Position numbers and translations under genes: made by a program. Below, piece after piece: positions 63,627 through 64,000 of a stretch of DNA of 64,000 nt. The stretch comes from Podarcis pityusensis (taxonomy: Eukaryota), in NCBI GenBank assembly GCA_964106645.2, contig OZ067040.1; one strand, written 5' to 3'. The notes under the pieces were generated by a model. That model was not told the DNA's origin and did no database searches. It saw only the letters and a list, made by a program, of their open reading frames with translations. Positions within the stretch are counted from its first letter, which is position 1. The number at the start of each line of letters is the position of its first letter.

Positions 63627-63868
63627 CAGTGGTACCTCGGGTTACGTACGCTTCAGGTTACAGACGCTTCAGGTTACAGACTCCGCTAACCCAGAAATAG
63701 TGCTTCAAGTAAAGAACTTTGCTTCAGGATGAGAACAGAAATCGTGCAGTGGTGGTGCAGTGGCAGCAGGAGGCCCCATTAGCTAAAGTGGTGCTTCAGG
63801 TTAAGCTCAGTTTCAGGTTAAATACAGACCTCCGGAACGAATTAAGTATTTAACCTGAGGTACCACTG
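63627..63868 (+). mobile_element. Tigger-like MITE, family 2
   Basis: CAGTGGTACCTC / GAGGTACCACTG, TA TSDs; reverse complement of the 44675 and 52278 copies. Confidence 0.9.
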
Positions 63869-64000
63869 TATGGCTAAGTGTTCAAACTTATTCCCACCCT
63901 CCTGAGTGACACCTCGGGTTGTATTCAATGTAGCACTAAGGTGAACGTTCTAACAGCGCAAAGATTTCGTCTTGCGTGAGTGAATGTTCTCTTCTGCTTC

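Overview
Vertebrate (squamate, most likely lacertid lizard) genomic DNA, not prokaryotic. The only protein-coding feature I can support is coding exon 1 of ALK (anaplastic lymphoma kinase) on the minus strand (ATG 19949, phase-1 GT donor after 19292). It sits in a CpG island (~19.3-21.3 kb) with a long GC-rich leader and a promoter candidate near 21.0-21.4 kb. Positions 1-19291 are ALK intron 1 and ~21.3-64 kb is upstream intergenic DNA. Both are full of squamate repeats: Sauria, Squam2 and Squam3 SINEs; L2, CR1 and BovB LINE fragments; Penelope-like remnants; Tigger-like and hAT MITEs; a solo LTR; microsatellites. The other ORFs in the track look spurious or repeat-derived. Most notable observations: (1) an intact-looking minimal type I hammerhead ribozyme inside an inverted Penelope-like remnant at 27.1 kb; (2) two oppositely oriented Tigger-like elements that share their ends but carry unrelated cores made of nested palindromes, one being an 11-unit E-box/GATA array; (3) a 3-codon uORF whose stop overlaps the ALK start codon; (4) a hAT element carrying a captured BovB segment. 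I cannot demonstrate a wholly new biological system from sequence alone. Repeat family names come from recalled consensus features, not database searches.
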